From contig NC_074722.1 in NCBI RefSeq assembly GCF_947242115.1, positions 29,796,340 to 29,860,339 of the forward strand: DNA of 64,000 nucleotides, read 5' to 3'. The notes under the pieces were generated by a model. It did not search any database. It was not told where the DNA came from and was given only the letters and a program-made list of their open reading frames with translations. This DNA comes from Biomphalaria glabrata. Taxonomy: Eukaryota. Shown piece after piece: positions 1 to 11,903 of the stretch (its first letter is position 1; every line of letters starts with the position of its first letter). The translations under genes were made by a program, and so were the position numbers.

Positions 1-440
1 TATTAACTATTAATACTAGTAATACTATACTAATACTAGTAGTAAAACTAGTAATACTTTAGTACTTTAGTCTGACTATTACTAGTCTACTGTCTTAGTG
101 TCTAAATCTAGTAGGTAGAATCTAGAGTTGAGAAGAGTAGACTCAGTAGATCATCTATGATCTAGACTGTCTAGAGTAAGTCTAGAGTTCTCTAGAGTAG
201 TAGAGTGACACTCAGAGTAGTACTAGTAGTACTAGTAGTAGAGTCAGTCTAGACCTAGTCTAGTTAGGCTAGTTTATAAATAGTAATACTCATACTGACA
301 ATACAGTTCATACACTCATCATACAGTTGATACAGACGATACACTATGATTCACTATCATACAGTCATTACAGTGAGTGATAGACTGATACTCACTCAAA
401 CTCAATCAATCCAATGACCAATGTCTTGTCATTGTGACTG
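1..440. repeat. Cryptic simple sequence, TAG/CTAG-rich (ACTAGT, TCTAGA, GTAGTA motifs grading into CATACAG/GATACAG motifs). Stop codons in all six frames. Lies in GPN1 intron 1.
   Basis: Direct reading. It is dense in tactag/tctagag/agtagt units with no ORF. It sits immediately downstream of the GPN1 exon-1 donor on the minus strand. Confidence 0.7.
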
Positions 441-488
441 TCAATGACTCAATTCTCTCAATTGAATAGATATCTGAAATGTCTTTAC

Positions 489-632
489 CTGAACGAAAGA
501 TGTTTTTCCAGAACCAGCCATTCCAAGCACAATAATGCATGTTGGTTTATTTACAATTGGAGAATGCGGTGCTGCTCCGTTATCAGTGTTTAAAGAACAT
601 TCAACATTTTCGTGTTTATTGGGCGCAGCCAT
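489..632 (-). CDS. GPN1: GPN-loop GTPase 1 (XAB1/GPN1-like), first coding exon: [48 protein letters not shown]. Donor GTAAAG at 487-488. Downstream exons lie beyond the window start.
   Basis: The ORF-track protein contains the P-loop/GPN-family N-terminal signature [17 protein letters not shown]. Compare human GPN1 [20 protein letters not shown]. A consensus donor (Q|GTAAAGA) follows the coding sequence. Confidence 0.8.
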
Positions 633-682
633 TTTAAAGCAACACTTATTTTTGTTTTGTCGAAAGTGCTAGCGACTTCCTG

Positions 683-693
683 TTTTTTTTATA
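683..693 (-). promoter_or_regulatory. TATA-like element (TATAAAAAAAA on the minus strand), about 50 bp upstream of the GPN1 ATG.
   Basis: The plus strand reads ttttttttata at 683-693. Position and orientation fit a GPN1 core promoter. There is no other support. Confidence 0.25.
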
Positions 694-779
694 GGCTAGT
701 GAGGAACTTGTCTATATATCCATGATATAACTAGCCTATAAAAATTCTCCCTTTCATATGTCAGTGCTAGACTATATTG

Positions 780-1260
780 TCACTATTTTACCTAAACTAA
801 AATGAAATCTTATTCTTAGAGTCTAGATATCTAGAATCTAATACCATAATACCTACTATATATCTATCTAGATCTAGAATAAGATATCTAGTAAGAGAGA
901 TCTAGAACTACTTCAAATAGATTTAGATCTAGACGTAGATTAGTGAAAATTAGTGATTATAATATTATATTCTAGAGATCTACAGTCTAGATCTAATTGT
1001 AATTCTAATTTTAAATCTAGATTTAGGCGCCGCATCTAGGACATATTCTTCTAGTCTAGGAATCTAAATAACTTAAATACTTAAAAATAACTAGATGATT
1101 GGAATAAATTGTGTAAGTCTAGAAACTGTAAAGTAATTTGTAATTGTAACACTAACAGAAATTTTACAAAGACAAAGAGAATTAGATCTAGTCAATCTAG
1201 ATATGATCTAGATTCTAGGTCTAAATTCTAAATGAATTACAGAAATGGGAATCAAATTGG
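780..1260. repeat. TCTAGA/AGATCT/ATCTAG-rich palindromic low-complexity tract.
   Basis: There are dozens of overlapping tctaga / agatct / gatatc hexamers. The same sequence type recurs at 2040-2230, 3425-3500, 59540-59830, 60790-60860 and 61440-61600. Confidence 0.7.
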
Positions 1261-1263
1261 AGC

Positions 1264-1965
1264 ATGTCTTTCCACTCCACCCAGAAAATGTCAGTTATTA
1301 AGAGTAACAAAAAATTAAAACAAATTAATTTCACTTACCTTAGTCATGGTAAACCAGTAACACAGACTAAAAATGCAAAATACCTAGGCGTTTTAATAAA
1401 TGAAAAATTATCATGGAATCCCCATATTGATGAAACTATCAAAAAATCAAACAAAGCACTAATCATTAGGGGTAATTAATATAAGAACATAAAACTAAAA
1501 TGTTATTTAACCTTGGTTAGGCCAATAATAGAATATGCATCCTCTGTTTGGGACCCCTCAACTCAAGAAAACATTAAGAAACTGGAACAGACACAAAATA
1601 GAGCAGTGAGATTCATAACAAATGAATGTTCACATTTAGTAAAATCACTAAATTTAGAAAGCCTTCAGGATAGAAGGCTTAAAAGTAAAGTAGCAATTAT
1701 ACATAAAACAATGAACCATAATCTTCAAATTTATACAAAAACAAAATTTAATAAAATACTCAGAAAGACACAAGGATAAAGGTACATTCCTCGTTCCATA
1801 TGCTAGGACAAATTTGTACAAATGCTCCTTCTTCCCTAGCGCTATTAAAGCATGGAATGGGTTTCCTGAGCTAGCCAGGAAAACCAATGATTTGGCAGAA
1901 TTTAGGTCATTGGTTAATATGCATGACTAAATGCATGATGCTTAGGACCTAATCATCTTTTTTGA
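1264..1965 (+). mobile_element. 5'-truncated non-LTR retrotransposon (LINE family A): RT C-terminal region plus 3' tail.
   Basis: The ORFs encode KYLGVLINEKLSWNPHI..., PIIEYASSVWDP... and LESLQDRRLKSKVAIIHK, typical of a LINE ORF2 C-terminus. Homologous 3' copies are at 33355-33885, 34215-34560 and 54005-54320. Confidence 0.75.
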
Positions 1966-2039
1966 AGTAACGTCTGTATTTTTATAGTAACACTCACTGG
2001 GCAACTTGTTATTGACTGGACATGATTTTAAAAAAATTC

Positions 2040-2230
2040 TAGATCTAGAGTCGATAGGGTAGGCAGAGTCAAATAATCTAGAATACTAGAAAGATATAAG
2101 TTAATATAACTAGATCTACATAGATCTACTCATTTAGATCTATATAGATTAGATCATAAATCTAGATCTAGCTAGATTCTCTTAATTAAATTTATATTTT
2201 TACTTTTACAGATATAGGTAGATTTAGATT
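2040..2230. repeat. TCTAGA/AGATCT-rich tract.
   Basis: Same motif class as 780-1260. Confidence 0.65.
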
Positions 2231-3424
2231 TCTAGATCTAATTGATTCCCAAAAAGTGGTCTAAAAATAGACCCCCAGAGTGACTTTAAATTTTATTTCC
2301 CATTAATGATTAAAAATGGAATTAACTCATACATGGCCAAAACAGTCATTAACAATATTTAGTAAACAGTACATTTTTTTTTTATTTGGCTTCTTTCCTT
2401 CCTGCTTTGTCGTATCTTTTATGCAACAAGGTTTTAAGTAAGAACTTAGAATTTTACAAGTTTCCGTCATTTAAAGTGTATGGTAATTTGTACATATTTG
2501 TGTATAGTAGCGGAGGGGATTTAAGAAAAAAAAAACAATGTATATACTTATTAAGTCTTTCTTTGTTGTTAGCATTTCTAGTTTGCATTTATGATTTTAA
2601 TTTATTATTTTCTGTATTACCTATGGACAAATTATAATTTATACACACTGTAAGAAGTTTTAAATTTTTAAAAAATACACATACGGGCAATATGAAGGCT
2701 ATAACTAGCTTTAGCTACTTTTCAAATTTGCTTTGCTGTCACCAAATCTGTAATATTAAGAGTTAATTTCATGACCTGTTTTATTTTTTCATCATTTTCA
2801 TGAATAAAATGCTTGCTCAGATCAGTATCTGACAGGCATAAGCAAGATTACAGTTCCAGAGCTCTACCAGTCATTGAGGGCTTAGTTTACTTTAGTTAAC
2901 GTTTTTTCAATTGATGATTTCCTAGACATGAATTGCTTCCTTAAATATCTCTTACCATCTGGTTTTTCCCAAGAGTGACTTAAGACAAATAATGTCTTTA
3001 TTAATGTTGAAATTATCTTCATTTTTTTCTAATAATGAAAAGCTTAAATTGTAATTGTGCAATATGCCACTTTAGGGGCATGCACCATAGGTTGGCCACC
3101 CCTGCCATAAAACCAGGGGACTTGATGGCAGATCGGTGAAGTGTTTGGCTTCAGAATATATATAATGACATTTTATTATCAAGCTGCCCACTAACAGGAA
3201 TTTATTTTTAGTTTACTGAATTGATGCAATGCATACAAAATTTTATTTTGCTTTGCTTTAATTTGAATTTCATTTATAAATGTATATAACTTAGAAATCA
3301 GTTGAAAAAAAAACACATTTTAAGTTTATGAATTTCCTAAAGAGCATAATTAACTATGCAGAGGGGGGTCTACCGAAAACTGAAAAACATGACAAGGAGT
3401 CTACGTGAATAAAACAAAGTTTGG

Positions 3425-3500
3425 CAAACACTGATCTAGATTATGTAGACTTTGATTTGATCTGAATTTAGACTATAAATCTAGAAATCTTCTAATCTAG
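3425..3500. repeat. TCTAGA/AGATCT-rich tract.
   Basis: Contains gatctagattatgtagactttgatttgatctgaatttagactataaatctagaaatcttctaatctagatctctagattt. Confidence 0.6.
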
Positions 3501-5904
3501 ATCTCTAGATTTATACTTTTAGCATTTTAACTTTTAATACCGTAGTTGGTAGCCATTCTACAGTAGATCTACTAGGGTGGTCCAGTCTATTCAGTAATGC
3601 ATTGATGTGTGAACCCCTAACTCAAACAAGCTCTATGCACTAGGTATCTGCAATGTTCATGTGAGCTTGAGAGTTTGTATAATAATCTTTGTCGTATCCA
3701 GGTATGAAAAAAATAAATTGTTAAAACATTTCACACACAAAATTGGTACCTGTATACATTGTTTGAGGTATATGAAAAAGTAAGAATGGCCACTGGTTTA
3801 TTTCAGTAACTAAAAATTCTTAAGGCTGTTAGCCCATTTGATGCCGAAGTCTTCATGTCTTAGTAATGAGAGACATTTGCTTTCTGTTAAGCATTCTACT
3901 GGTTTCTTTTTGTCTGCGCTAATTTCAGAACATAGCTGAGATAGTGCGGAATTATGATAAAGTCACATGATACACCTGATAAAGTCATGCTAAAAGCATG
4001 CTCAGTGGGCATTTTTTTAAGGTCCAATTTTTTTTGTGGAAATTTGTGGGTGAGGGGGTATCTGGTAAGAACCTGGGACCATTGAGATTATCGAGCAACA
4101 GTCCAGAGTGCATTGTTCTGAGTGTGTTTATACTGTCCTGCCTTGAAGATTACCTTTTAATTAGTCAGTTACTCTTACTACTTTCAACACATTATGCAGA
4201 AACTTTATTCATACCTTATAACACCAGCCATCTTTGAGGTTTTCTAACTGCTTTGTTGAAAATGATAAGCTTTGTTATAGAGGCTTTTGTATTGTACGCT
4301 AAGTCTATTTTAAAGTATGGTGTTAAGGTTTTTGTTTTCCAACAAACAATATTGTGAGCACAGCTGTTGAGGGACTAAAATAAATTGTGTGTGCATTTCG
4401 TAGCATGTGTCCAAAGTAGACCCTACCAGCATCTTAATTTACGTTAGGCTGACACCATTGTTGCTATTTGTCTCTTGTTTGTTTTTGTGTTTATCTGTTA
4501 CTGTCTATTAGCAACACTCCAAAAGTAAACAATATTTACTTATAAAGCTGTTAAAGAAAATATGTATGTAACCTAGAAGTCAACATAAATGTGATCAATG
4601 TGTTTCTAAGCTGGCTCTGGATTATGTGATTTCAAAGACAGATAACTTGTCAAATATCCTTTATGACAAATAACAAAACTAACCAAGTTATGTTTTCTTT
4701 TTTTTTTCAGGTTCACTTTATTCATTTGAATGCCAATAGAAGCTATTCTTTCTTATTCCATAAACATGAGAATTAAAAAAACTACATGGACTACATGTGA
4801 GACAGACATATATTACTAGAAGGTAAGTTACAGCTTAAAAAATATCTACAGTATTATTCAAATAACAACTATTTTAACTATTATAAATCCAGAGTCAAAT
4901 ATTTTTCTTTTAAGCTTTATGGCACAATTTGATCAGTCTATTCAGTGTAGTCAACTTGCCCAACCTCTGATTCCAGTCAAATTTGGTTTAGGGTTTATAT
5001 ATTCCAAGTTCAATATAAAAATGGTATGACAGTATTTTAATCAATCAATTCTTTTTTAATTTTAGCCTTTTAATGACAGGCTCCACTGGAGACATACAAT
5101 ATAAAGATTCTTATGATACCTTCCTAACTTATGGTCATTTAAGATCTTATATAACTTTACCAAAGTGTTCAAAACTTCAAATTGAAACATTAATTTAGAG
5201 ACAGTATTATACATTTTTCTGAACACTACAAATTTGGATATTTTATTCTCAACTTTAGGAACACAATAGTTCTTATAGCCAAAGTTTTCTCTTGGGGTTG
5301 TCTTTAATAACTTCCACATATTAAGATATTCATGGTAATTTTTTCTTTCTGAAAATGTGTTACTAGTCTTTATTTAAAAAAAACAGGATGTTACTTTGTT
5401 GTTCTGTTCAATGATTGCATGAGTGGATGGAATGCTGAAGAAATCAGAAACTTATTACTGTCAAATTTGAAAAGTTTTCAGGTTATATATGTGTGCCAGG
5501 GGTCCTTTACTAAACAAAAAGATAATTATGGAATTGTCAAATTGATAAAATAATTTAACAAGAAAAATATAAAAAAATCCTTTTAAAAAAAACAAAGCTT
5601 CTTATCTAAAGTGGGAAGAAGTCCACCCTGAAAACTATATATTTATTAATAATGTTCAAGCTATTTCCTTATTCAATATCAAACAAAATAATTAATTACC
5701 AAATAATTAATTGACTAATTGGGCATTTCTAAAAATGAATTCATGTTTTGTTAGGTGCCATAAATAATTTTTCAAAGTATAAATTTGATTGGAGAATGAA
5801 AGCATGAAAGAGAAATAGCTTTAACAATTTATTAAGAGGACTAAACCCAACTAATCTAGCCGTATCTGTGAATACTGAAGGATTTTGTTTCCCTTGTTGG
5901 TATT

Positions 5905-6025
5905 AAACAAAAAAAAAAAATTACCATCAATTAATTGACTAATTGGTTAGAAATAACATGTACATACTTTTTACCAGACAGACAGAGTGAGTTGATATAC
6001 AGCCTTGTAACAATTATACAAGAAT
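5905..6025 (-). repeat. Dispersed repeat family X (CTGT-microsatellite-headed, SINE/MITE-like), minus-orientation copy. A partial second copy lies at 5685-5715.
   Basis: The reverse complement matches caactcactctgtctgtctggta...ccaattagtcaattaatt, which is also found at 22660-23095, 35585-35700 (minus) and 45945-46095. Confidence 0.55.
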
Positions 6026-7150
6026 TTGGGATTTTTAAGCAGACATTTGTAGAAATCAACAATTCTGTATATAATAAGCTGCAAAAGAGCTCACAGCTCA
6101 GCAGCAATAAAGCTGGCTAGAAGAAGAAGTATTTAATAAGAAGGACTGTAGTAAACTGGAATTATCAATTTGTTTTTGGTAATATTTTAGATTGTATTCT
6201 TTTAAGGGGGGATTAGTCAGAATTTACAACAAAAATATGATTTGATATAACGTTTTAGACTTCATGCAACTGATTGATAATGATTAGAAATGTATCTAAC
6301 CTTGGAAATATTTCATGCTAGTTGTTTATGTGTGCGTATGTCAACTATAGAATCTTAAAAAAGCAGAATTGAATTTAGCTGCTAGTAGGATGGTCACCTG
6401 GTCCCGTGGTATGCCCTTCGGACTGTCTTCATGATAGTCGTGCAGGCGTCAGTGGCGTAACTAAAGGGGGGGGGGGATGGGGGGGGGAGAATTTTAAAAT
6501 CCCCCCGGGCCCCCCGACCTAGGGGGGGCCCCCAAATGGGTGTTCGAAATTTATTTGTAAATACATAAATTAATATATTTGATTGACAAATAATGTCAAC
6601 GGGTGTCTTTTTTTAATCAACATTTATGGATTAAATTTATCACAAAGACTAAACCTAGATATTTTAAAAATATTTTTGCCGCAGAGATCAGTTTTTAAAT
6701 ATTGTAGAATTTTTCTATTTTAAACTTTGTTGCCACAAATAAAACTGCATGATATACAGCGAATTCCAGGTATCTTGTTACCTTTACTAATAATAGATCT
6801 AAATGGCGAGTATTATATGGCTACACTAATTAACCTTGAAGCAAAATTTACAGAATCGAGATTAACTAAAAGTTATTCTTAACAATGCTAAAATTGTCCA
6901 TTATTCGGGTTTGGCGTCTATAATTTCAGAATTAAACTTCACACTCGAGTTATTACCCCTTTATTCATCTTTCCTCAATTCAATGGAAACTCTCTCTTTT
7001 TATTTACATCTAATGATCTAATCCTTTTGCTTTCGCACAAAACATAAACAAAAAATAATGACGTAATATCATATAATATTAATACATCCTTCCTATTGAA
7101 ATTATTATCACATCCTTCCTTTTAAAGTTCTTAATAGTGATATCTACTAG

Positions 7151-7564
7151 CAGGGCCGGCCCTAGCATTTGCTGGGCCCTATGCGAAACGGATCGCGCGG
7201 GGCCTAGTCTGGGTAGGGATAAGCATAATGTCAAAATTATTATTTTTTGAATTAGAAAATAGGCCTACTTTCGTCTTTGCAATAAATTTTTATCAAATGA
7301 AAGCTCGCAATGCCACTTTTTATTTATTGGCACCCCAAAACGTCAATTTCGTCGAATCTTCAGGAGATTTGAATAAATTCAAAAAAAGTTCAGGGCTTTA
7401 TCGTATATTTTGCCTTTTCATGAAATTTCCTGGAGGCCCTGAAAAATCAGGAGGTCCCGAAAACCCTGTTATTTTATATACGTTATAATTGTTTAATTTA
7501 ATAATATACACTTGGAATTAGCGCGGGGCCTATGAAAGCGCGGCGCCCACTGCGACCGGCACTG
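7151..7564. mobile_element. hAT-like MITE (414 bp) with TIR CAGGGCCGGCCCTAG / CAGTGCCGGTCGCAG (11/15) and a perfect 8-bp TSD TCTACTAG.
   Basis: TCTACTAG occurs at 7143-7150 and 7565-7572. The termini resemble the CAGTGGCG hAT family found elsewhere in the window. Confidence 0.65.
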
Positions 7565-8650
7565 TCTACTAGGAACTTTAACAATTCGTCCACTTCTGGT
7601 TGTCTTGACTGAACAAGTTCTCTAGACGTTGGTCTATAACTGTCTGCTTCGTTTGTAGCAACAGTTTGCAGTTCATTGTCTTCATCGGTATCATAGTACC
7701 CAGAGAAGCATCCACACAATCCTGATGCAGTCCCAGCTGCGATGGGCAGGTCACGTCTACAGAATGGAAGACCACCGCATCCCTAAACAACTCTTGTATG
7801 GCCAACTAAGCGAAGGAAAGCGCTCGCAAGGTGGGCAAAGAAAGCGCTTCAGGGACACCCTCAAAGCTTCTCTGAAGGCGTTCAGCATAGACCCTGGCAC
7901 CTGGGAGACAGAGGCACATGACAGAGCATCATGGCGTCGCGCTGTGAAAACTAGCGCACAGGTTGCTGAGGAAAAAAGAACAACGCAGGCAGAAGAAAAA
8001 CGCCAGAAAAGAAAAGCAAGACAATTGACACTAGCTCCAGCTGGAATAACCTGCCCAGTGTGCGGCCGAACATTCCGGGCTCACATAGGTCTCACCAGCC
8101 ACATGAGGAGGCATAAAACCCCATTGCATAGCCCTCAGCCCCCTGGATGACAAAGTGGTCATCATCGAACCACGATGGACGAACTATATATCATAGTACC
8201 CAGAGATGTCTTCATCGAAACTCTTATTTAAAAAGCGTTGATTTCTTCTGTATGTTATTCCATTGTTTGTCTTTATGATGTAAGATCTGGCTGCTGAATT
8301 TTTTTTTATGACAACTGCTTTCTGCCATGTTTGACCTAGACGAATAATCTTTAGGTAGTCTTGCTTTTGCATCGTATTTCACTTAGCTTTTCATCTGTCG
8401 TTCGTTGAGTAATGTCTCTGCATTTTCAGCTACCAATGGTTTCAATAGTTTGTCATCAGTTGGAATGATTCCCTGAGTCTTCTACTCGTCAGCAGTTGTG
8501 ATGGTGATTTCATATACGGCAGTCCACTTATCGGAGTATTTCTATACTCGAGCATAACGAGATATGGATCTTTCCCACTTTTGTATACTCTGAATCCTTT
8601 TGCTTTCGCACAAAACATAAACAACCAACAATGACGTAATGCCATATAAT
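7565..8650 (-). mobile_element. Ty3/gypsy-type integrase C-terminal remnant (LEYRNTPISGLPY..SPSQLLTSRRLR ... YIIKTNNGITYRRNQRFL). It is interrupted by the LINE at 7707-8188.
   Basis: Minus-strand ORFs 8442-8645, 8184-8372 and 7498-7719 join into a continuous integrase-tail reading frame once the LINE insert is removed. Confidence 0.6.
7707..8188 (+). mobile_element. 5'-truncated L2/CR1-type LINE 3' end (482 bp) with an 18-bp TSD TATCATAGTACCCAGAGA.
   Basis: The ORF encodes RWAGHVYRMEDHRIPKQLLYGQL...GRP...WR... plus a C-terminal zinc finger CPVCGRTFRAHIGLTSHMRRH. The TSD copies lie at 7689-7706 and 8189-8206. Confidence 0.8.
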
Positions 8651-9436
8651 ATTAGCACAGAATCTCCTTCATGCAGTGGAAAATTACGAATTTTTTGCCT
8701 ATCTTGAATTCTGGTCAAAGCTCCTGTGCCCAATTAATATAGTTCGAAAGAAACTACAAAAGTCTGGACTGCATATACGGGAATCTGCTAAAGAAATTAG
8801 TACCCTTTCATGCTTTCTGCAAAATGATGAGAAACTGACAAAAACCCAATCCATCGAAAAAGCAAAAGAAGGTAGTGAATACTATGGATTCCTTGTAATC
8901 AAAACAACCATATGAAAGAAAAGACTTGATGGGAAGTTGAGTTCTAATGTAGGACTGTCAATACAACTGCAATTCAAACGTGTTGCGACAGAAGTGCTGG
9001 ACAGATTTCATATGGAGATGAAGGGCAGATTCCAAAGGCTGGAAAGAAAATGGATACCTTTGGGTTTCTTCTTGAACCAAGACACCTGTTAGAAGACACG
9101 CTTGTGACAAACTGTGCTACTTTTCCTGTTTGTATGATGAAATAAATGGAAAATCGCTTTTTCAATGATGTCATTGATGCACGAGCACTTTTCATCAACA
9201 AACAGTAATACAATTACAATAAAAGAGTCTTGATGATTACTTTTTGTTAAGTTTACTGATATACTGAACCAATTTGATTTGGGGCTTATATATTTTTGCT
9301 TACATTATCTCATGTCATATGTCGAATGTCAAAATGCAAGGGGCCCCCAAAGAGGTCAATCCCCCCGGGCCCCCAAATCCCTAGTTACGCCCCTGGCAGG
9401 CGTCCATCCCCAACCATCCTGTAGGATAAAAGAAGG

Positions 9437-9672
9437 AAAAGTAATGTACTCCTTTCAGACCTTGTGGTCTGTAGGGCAGATGATGTAAAGGTCATCTGTT
9501 TCTGTGGCCTACAGTTTACGAGGTTGTAATGTGACCAGCACAACGACTCATTAGAGCTGGGTGGACTCAGAGGCTCCCAAAGATCCTGAAATTAAAAAAT
9601 CCCAGGATTTGAACCTGGGACCTCCAATTCGGAAGACAAGCGCTTTACCGCTCAGCCACCGCGCTTCGCCTG
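9437..9672 (-). mobile_element. tRNA-derived SINE (family 1).
   Basis: The reverse complement begins GGCGAAGCGCGGTGGCTGAGCGGTAAAGCGC...GGTTCAAATCCTGG, which carries A and B boxes, and continues into the conserved body ..tctgtttctgtggcc.. shared with the other family-1 copies. Confidence 0.75.
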
Positions 9673-11229
9673 TAGGATAATAACAAGAATAATCTTCATT
9701 TCTGAGGAAACATCCTAAACTTATCAAAAACAACCAACAATTGACAATTATATAAAAAAAATATATTAACAGATTCTAAGTAGTAAGACTAAGACTGCTT
9801 TATTGATCCTTATGGAAATTTGTTGTGATTACAAGGACTCTTTTCTCATATGCAGACAACACAACAGAAACATACACATAAGTAGAACAGACACAACATA
9901 AAGAGTTCATTCATCGACTACACACAGGCATCTTGGTCCTTTTCATGTTTTCTGATCGAAGGGTGGCGTTGATATAGTCTGACCGAGTAAGGAACGAACG
10001 AGTTTTTGTACCGCTCTGTACTTTCTTACATAATCATAGTACATACCGGCTACGCCTGTTGATTTGTTCCCAGGCTTTATATTGTTTCTTATAGCGTTCA
10101 CTCTCTGGAACCCCCATTCTGCTTTTTTTTTTTTTTAACTTGCGCATCGTATTTCTCGGACATTGACTTTTTACTTGATTTAAAAGACCCGCTTCATAAT
10201 GCGCCCCTGACACATACACGATCTCATATTTTGGGCCTGTTAATTTCAGTAACCCTTTGACTTATCCGCTTCACCCCCACCCCACCCCACCCCCGGCCAA
10301 AATTATTTTTAATGCTATTAGGATTGTGTTTTTTTTATAGGCGTCTAAAAAGAAGCGGAAATGACGCAAGACATTAAAAATAAGTAAACTTAGGAAAAAC
10401 GAAAAAAAATGCTATAAAAATACGAAATTTGTGAGACATTTTTTAATGCTTTATGTATAGACTGCGGTCTTTTTTTGGGGGGAAATACCGAAAATAAAAT
10501 ACAAAAGAGTTTTTGAAAAGCTCGCTGTTTTTCGCGAATAGCAGACGTCAGATTTGCGAATCTGTCATAATCGGTTCTTATTGAACGTCCTGGGGGTAAA
10601 AAGAAACTGCCTACGAAATTTCATGCGTATCCGTACTTTAAACTTAAAGATCGCAAGGTCTGAAAGAGGAACTTTGCCTGAATCTAGGTTTAATTATTAT
10701 CCAAGTACATTTAAAATAGCCCCAATGTTTCAAAAAGTACACTATTTTAAGTAAGGGACATTGTTTTGTCTTCTTCCGTTTAAGGGAGAGTCGTCTGCGA
10801 CAATATGAACTGGAAGAAAACACTTCGAAACGTCTCCGCTAACGTGATTCTTCTCGATCTACTTGTTTCAGAATCCTGGAAATTCTTCTGTCTGTAGTAA
10901 GACGTTATGCTAACAGCTTGTGTGTGACAAGCGCATACATCAGCGACAAGACGAAGCTGATCTTACGAATCAGGCTCATTACAGGCGTACGTGTGTTATA
11001 TACACCTTAAATGCCCTTCGCATCATAGCATTAGTCAGTGCTGCCTCTATCTTTATTAGACTAATTTGACCTGCAACAACCAGGATACGAGACTAAAATA
11101 ACCTAGACAGACAGACATATCTGGATAAGACATTTCTGAGTTATGAGTGCAAGAAAACATTTCAATATCGGTCCGTTCCTCCTTTTTTTAAAATTATATA
11201 TATATATAATTGACATGCGTCAAGAACAC

Positions 11230-11811
11230 ATATTAAATAGCTTCTACTTACGCTGCCTGCGGCGCATAATGTGCATATCCTGGAAGGATCATGTCTCCAA
11301 CCAGGAGGTTCTGAAACGGGCCAATATTCACAACATGTATGCTCTTCTTACACAGAGAAGACTACGCTGGCTCGGTCATGTCACTCGCATGCCAGATGGA
11401 AGAATACTTAAAGACATACTATACGCTGAGCTTGCAAATGGAGTCAGACCCAAGGGCCGCCCAAGACTAACCTACAGAGATGTCTGTGAGCGAGACATGA
11501 GAACCACGGGCATCGAACAAAGTATGTGGGAGGAGATATCCCAAGACCGGACAGCATGGAGACAGACTGTACGTGCTGGTACGAACTTCGCCGAGTGCAA
11601 AAGTAACGAAGCTGCATCAGTCAAGAGAAAGAAGAAGAAAGCTGCCTGTCAACTAGCCCTAAGTCAGATGCATATACATGCACGAACTGTGGCAAACTCT
11701 GCCGCTCCAGAATTGGCTTGATCAGTCACACCAGATTCTGCCCCGTCTCAAGACCAATCCAAAGCCAATGACTCACCTGGGCCCATCCATTGTCTTCCGA
11801 GACACAAGGAG

Positions 11812-11812
<1 letters not shown>
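11230..11812 (+). mobile_element. L2/CR1-type LINE 3' end (ORF2 C-terminus plus zinc finger [21 protein letters not shown]), terminating in a (TA)n tail.
   Basis: ORF 11143-11721 reads LRRIMCISWKDHVSNQEVL...RWLGHVTRMPDGRILKDILY...GRPRLTYRD...DRTAWRQ. Confidence 0.75.

Positions 11813-11900
<88 letters not shown>
11813..11900. repeat. (TA)n microsatellite (about 44 units), the LINE 3' tail.
   Basis: Perfect tatata run. Confidence 0.95.

Positions 11901-11903
<3 letters not shown>

Larger units (their letters stand above)
6450..9395. mobile_element. Composite 2.9-kb non-autonomous hAT-family element. MITE-type termini (CAGTGGCGTAACTAA ... TTAGTTACGCCCCTG) are flanked by a perfect 8-bp TSD GCAGGCGT. 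It encloses nested insertions.
   Basis: The left end at 6450 and right end at 9395 match the two halves of the 201-bp MITE at 42112-42312. GCAGGCGT occurs at 6442-6449 and again at 9396-9403. Confidence 0.7.

Noticed and set aside
1654-1887. 77-aa minus-strand ORF.
   Set aside because: It is antisense to the LINE family A 3' region. The same sequence appears in both orientations at other LINE-A copies.
7725-8150. 141-aa ORF with a C2HC zinc finger (CPVCGRTFRAHIGLTSHMRRH), considered as a possible host zinc-finger gene.
   Set aside because: It is the ORF2 C-terminal tail of an L2/CR1-type LINE. The motifs RWAGHV..RM and GRP..WR are present. The insert is flanked by an 18-bp TSD. Homologous tails lie at 11230-11812, 18780-18945 and 27245-27672.
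9600-9672. tRNA-like sequence, one of several similar heads, considered as a possible genuine tRNA gene.
   Set aside because: It is contiguous with a conserved roughly 200-bp non-tRNA body. It has no proper 3' acceptor stem or terminator, so it is a SINE head.
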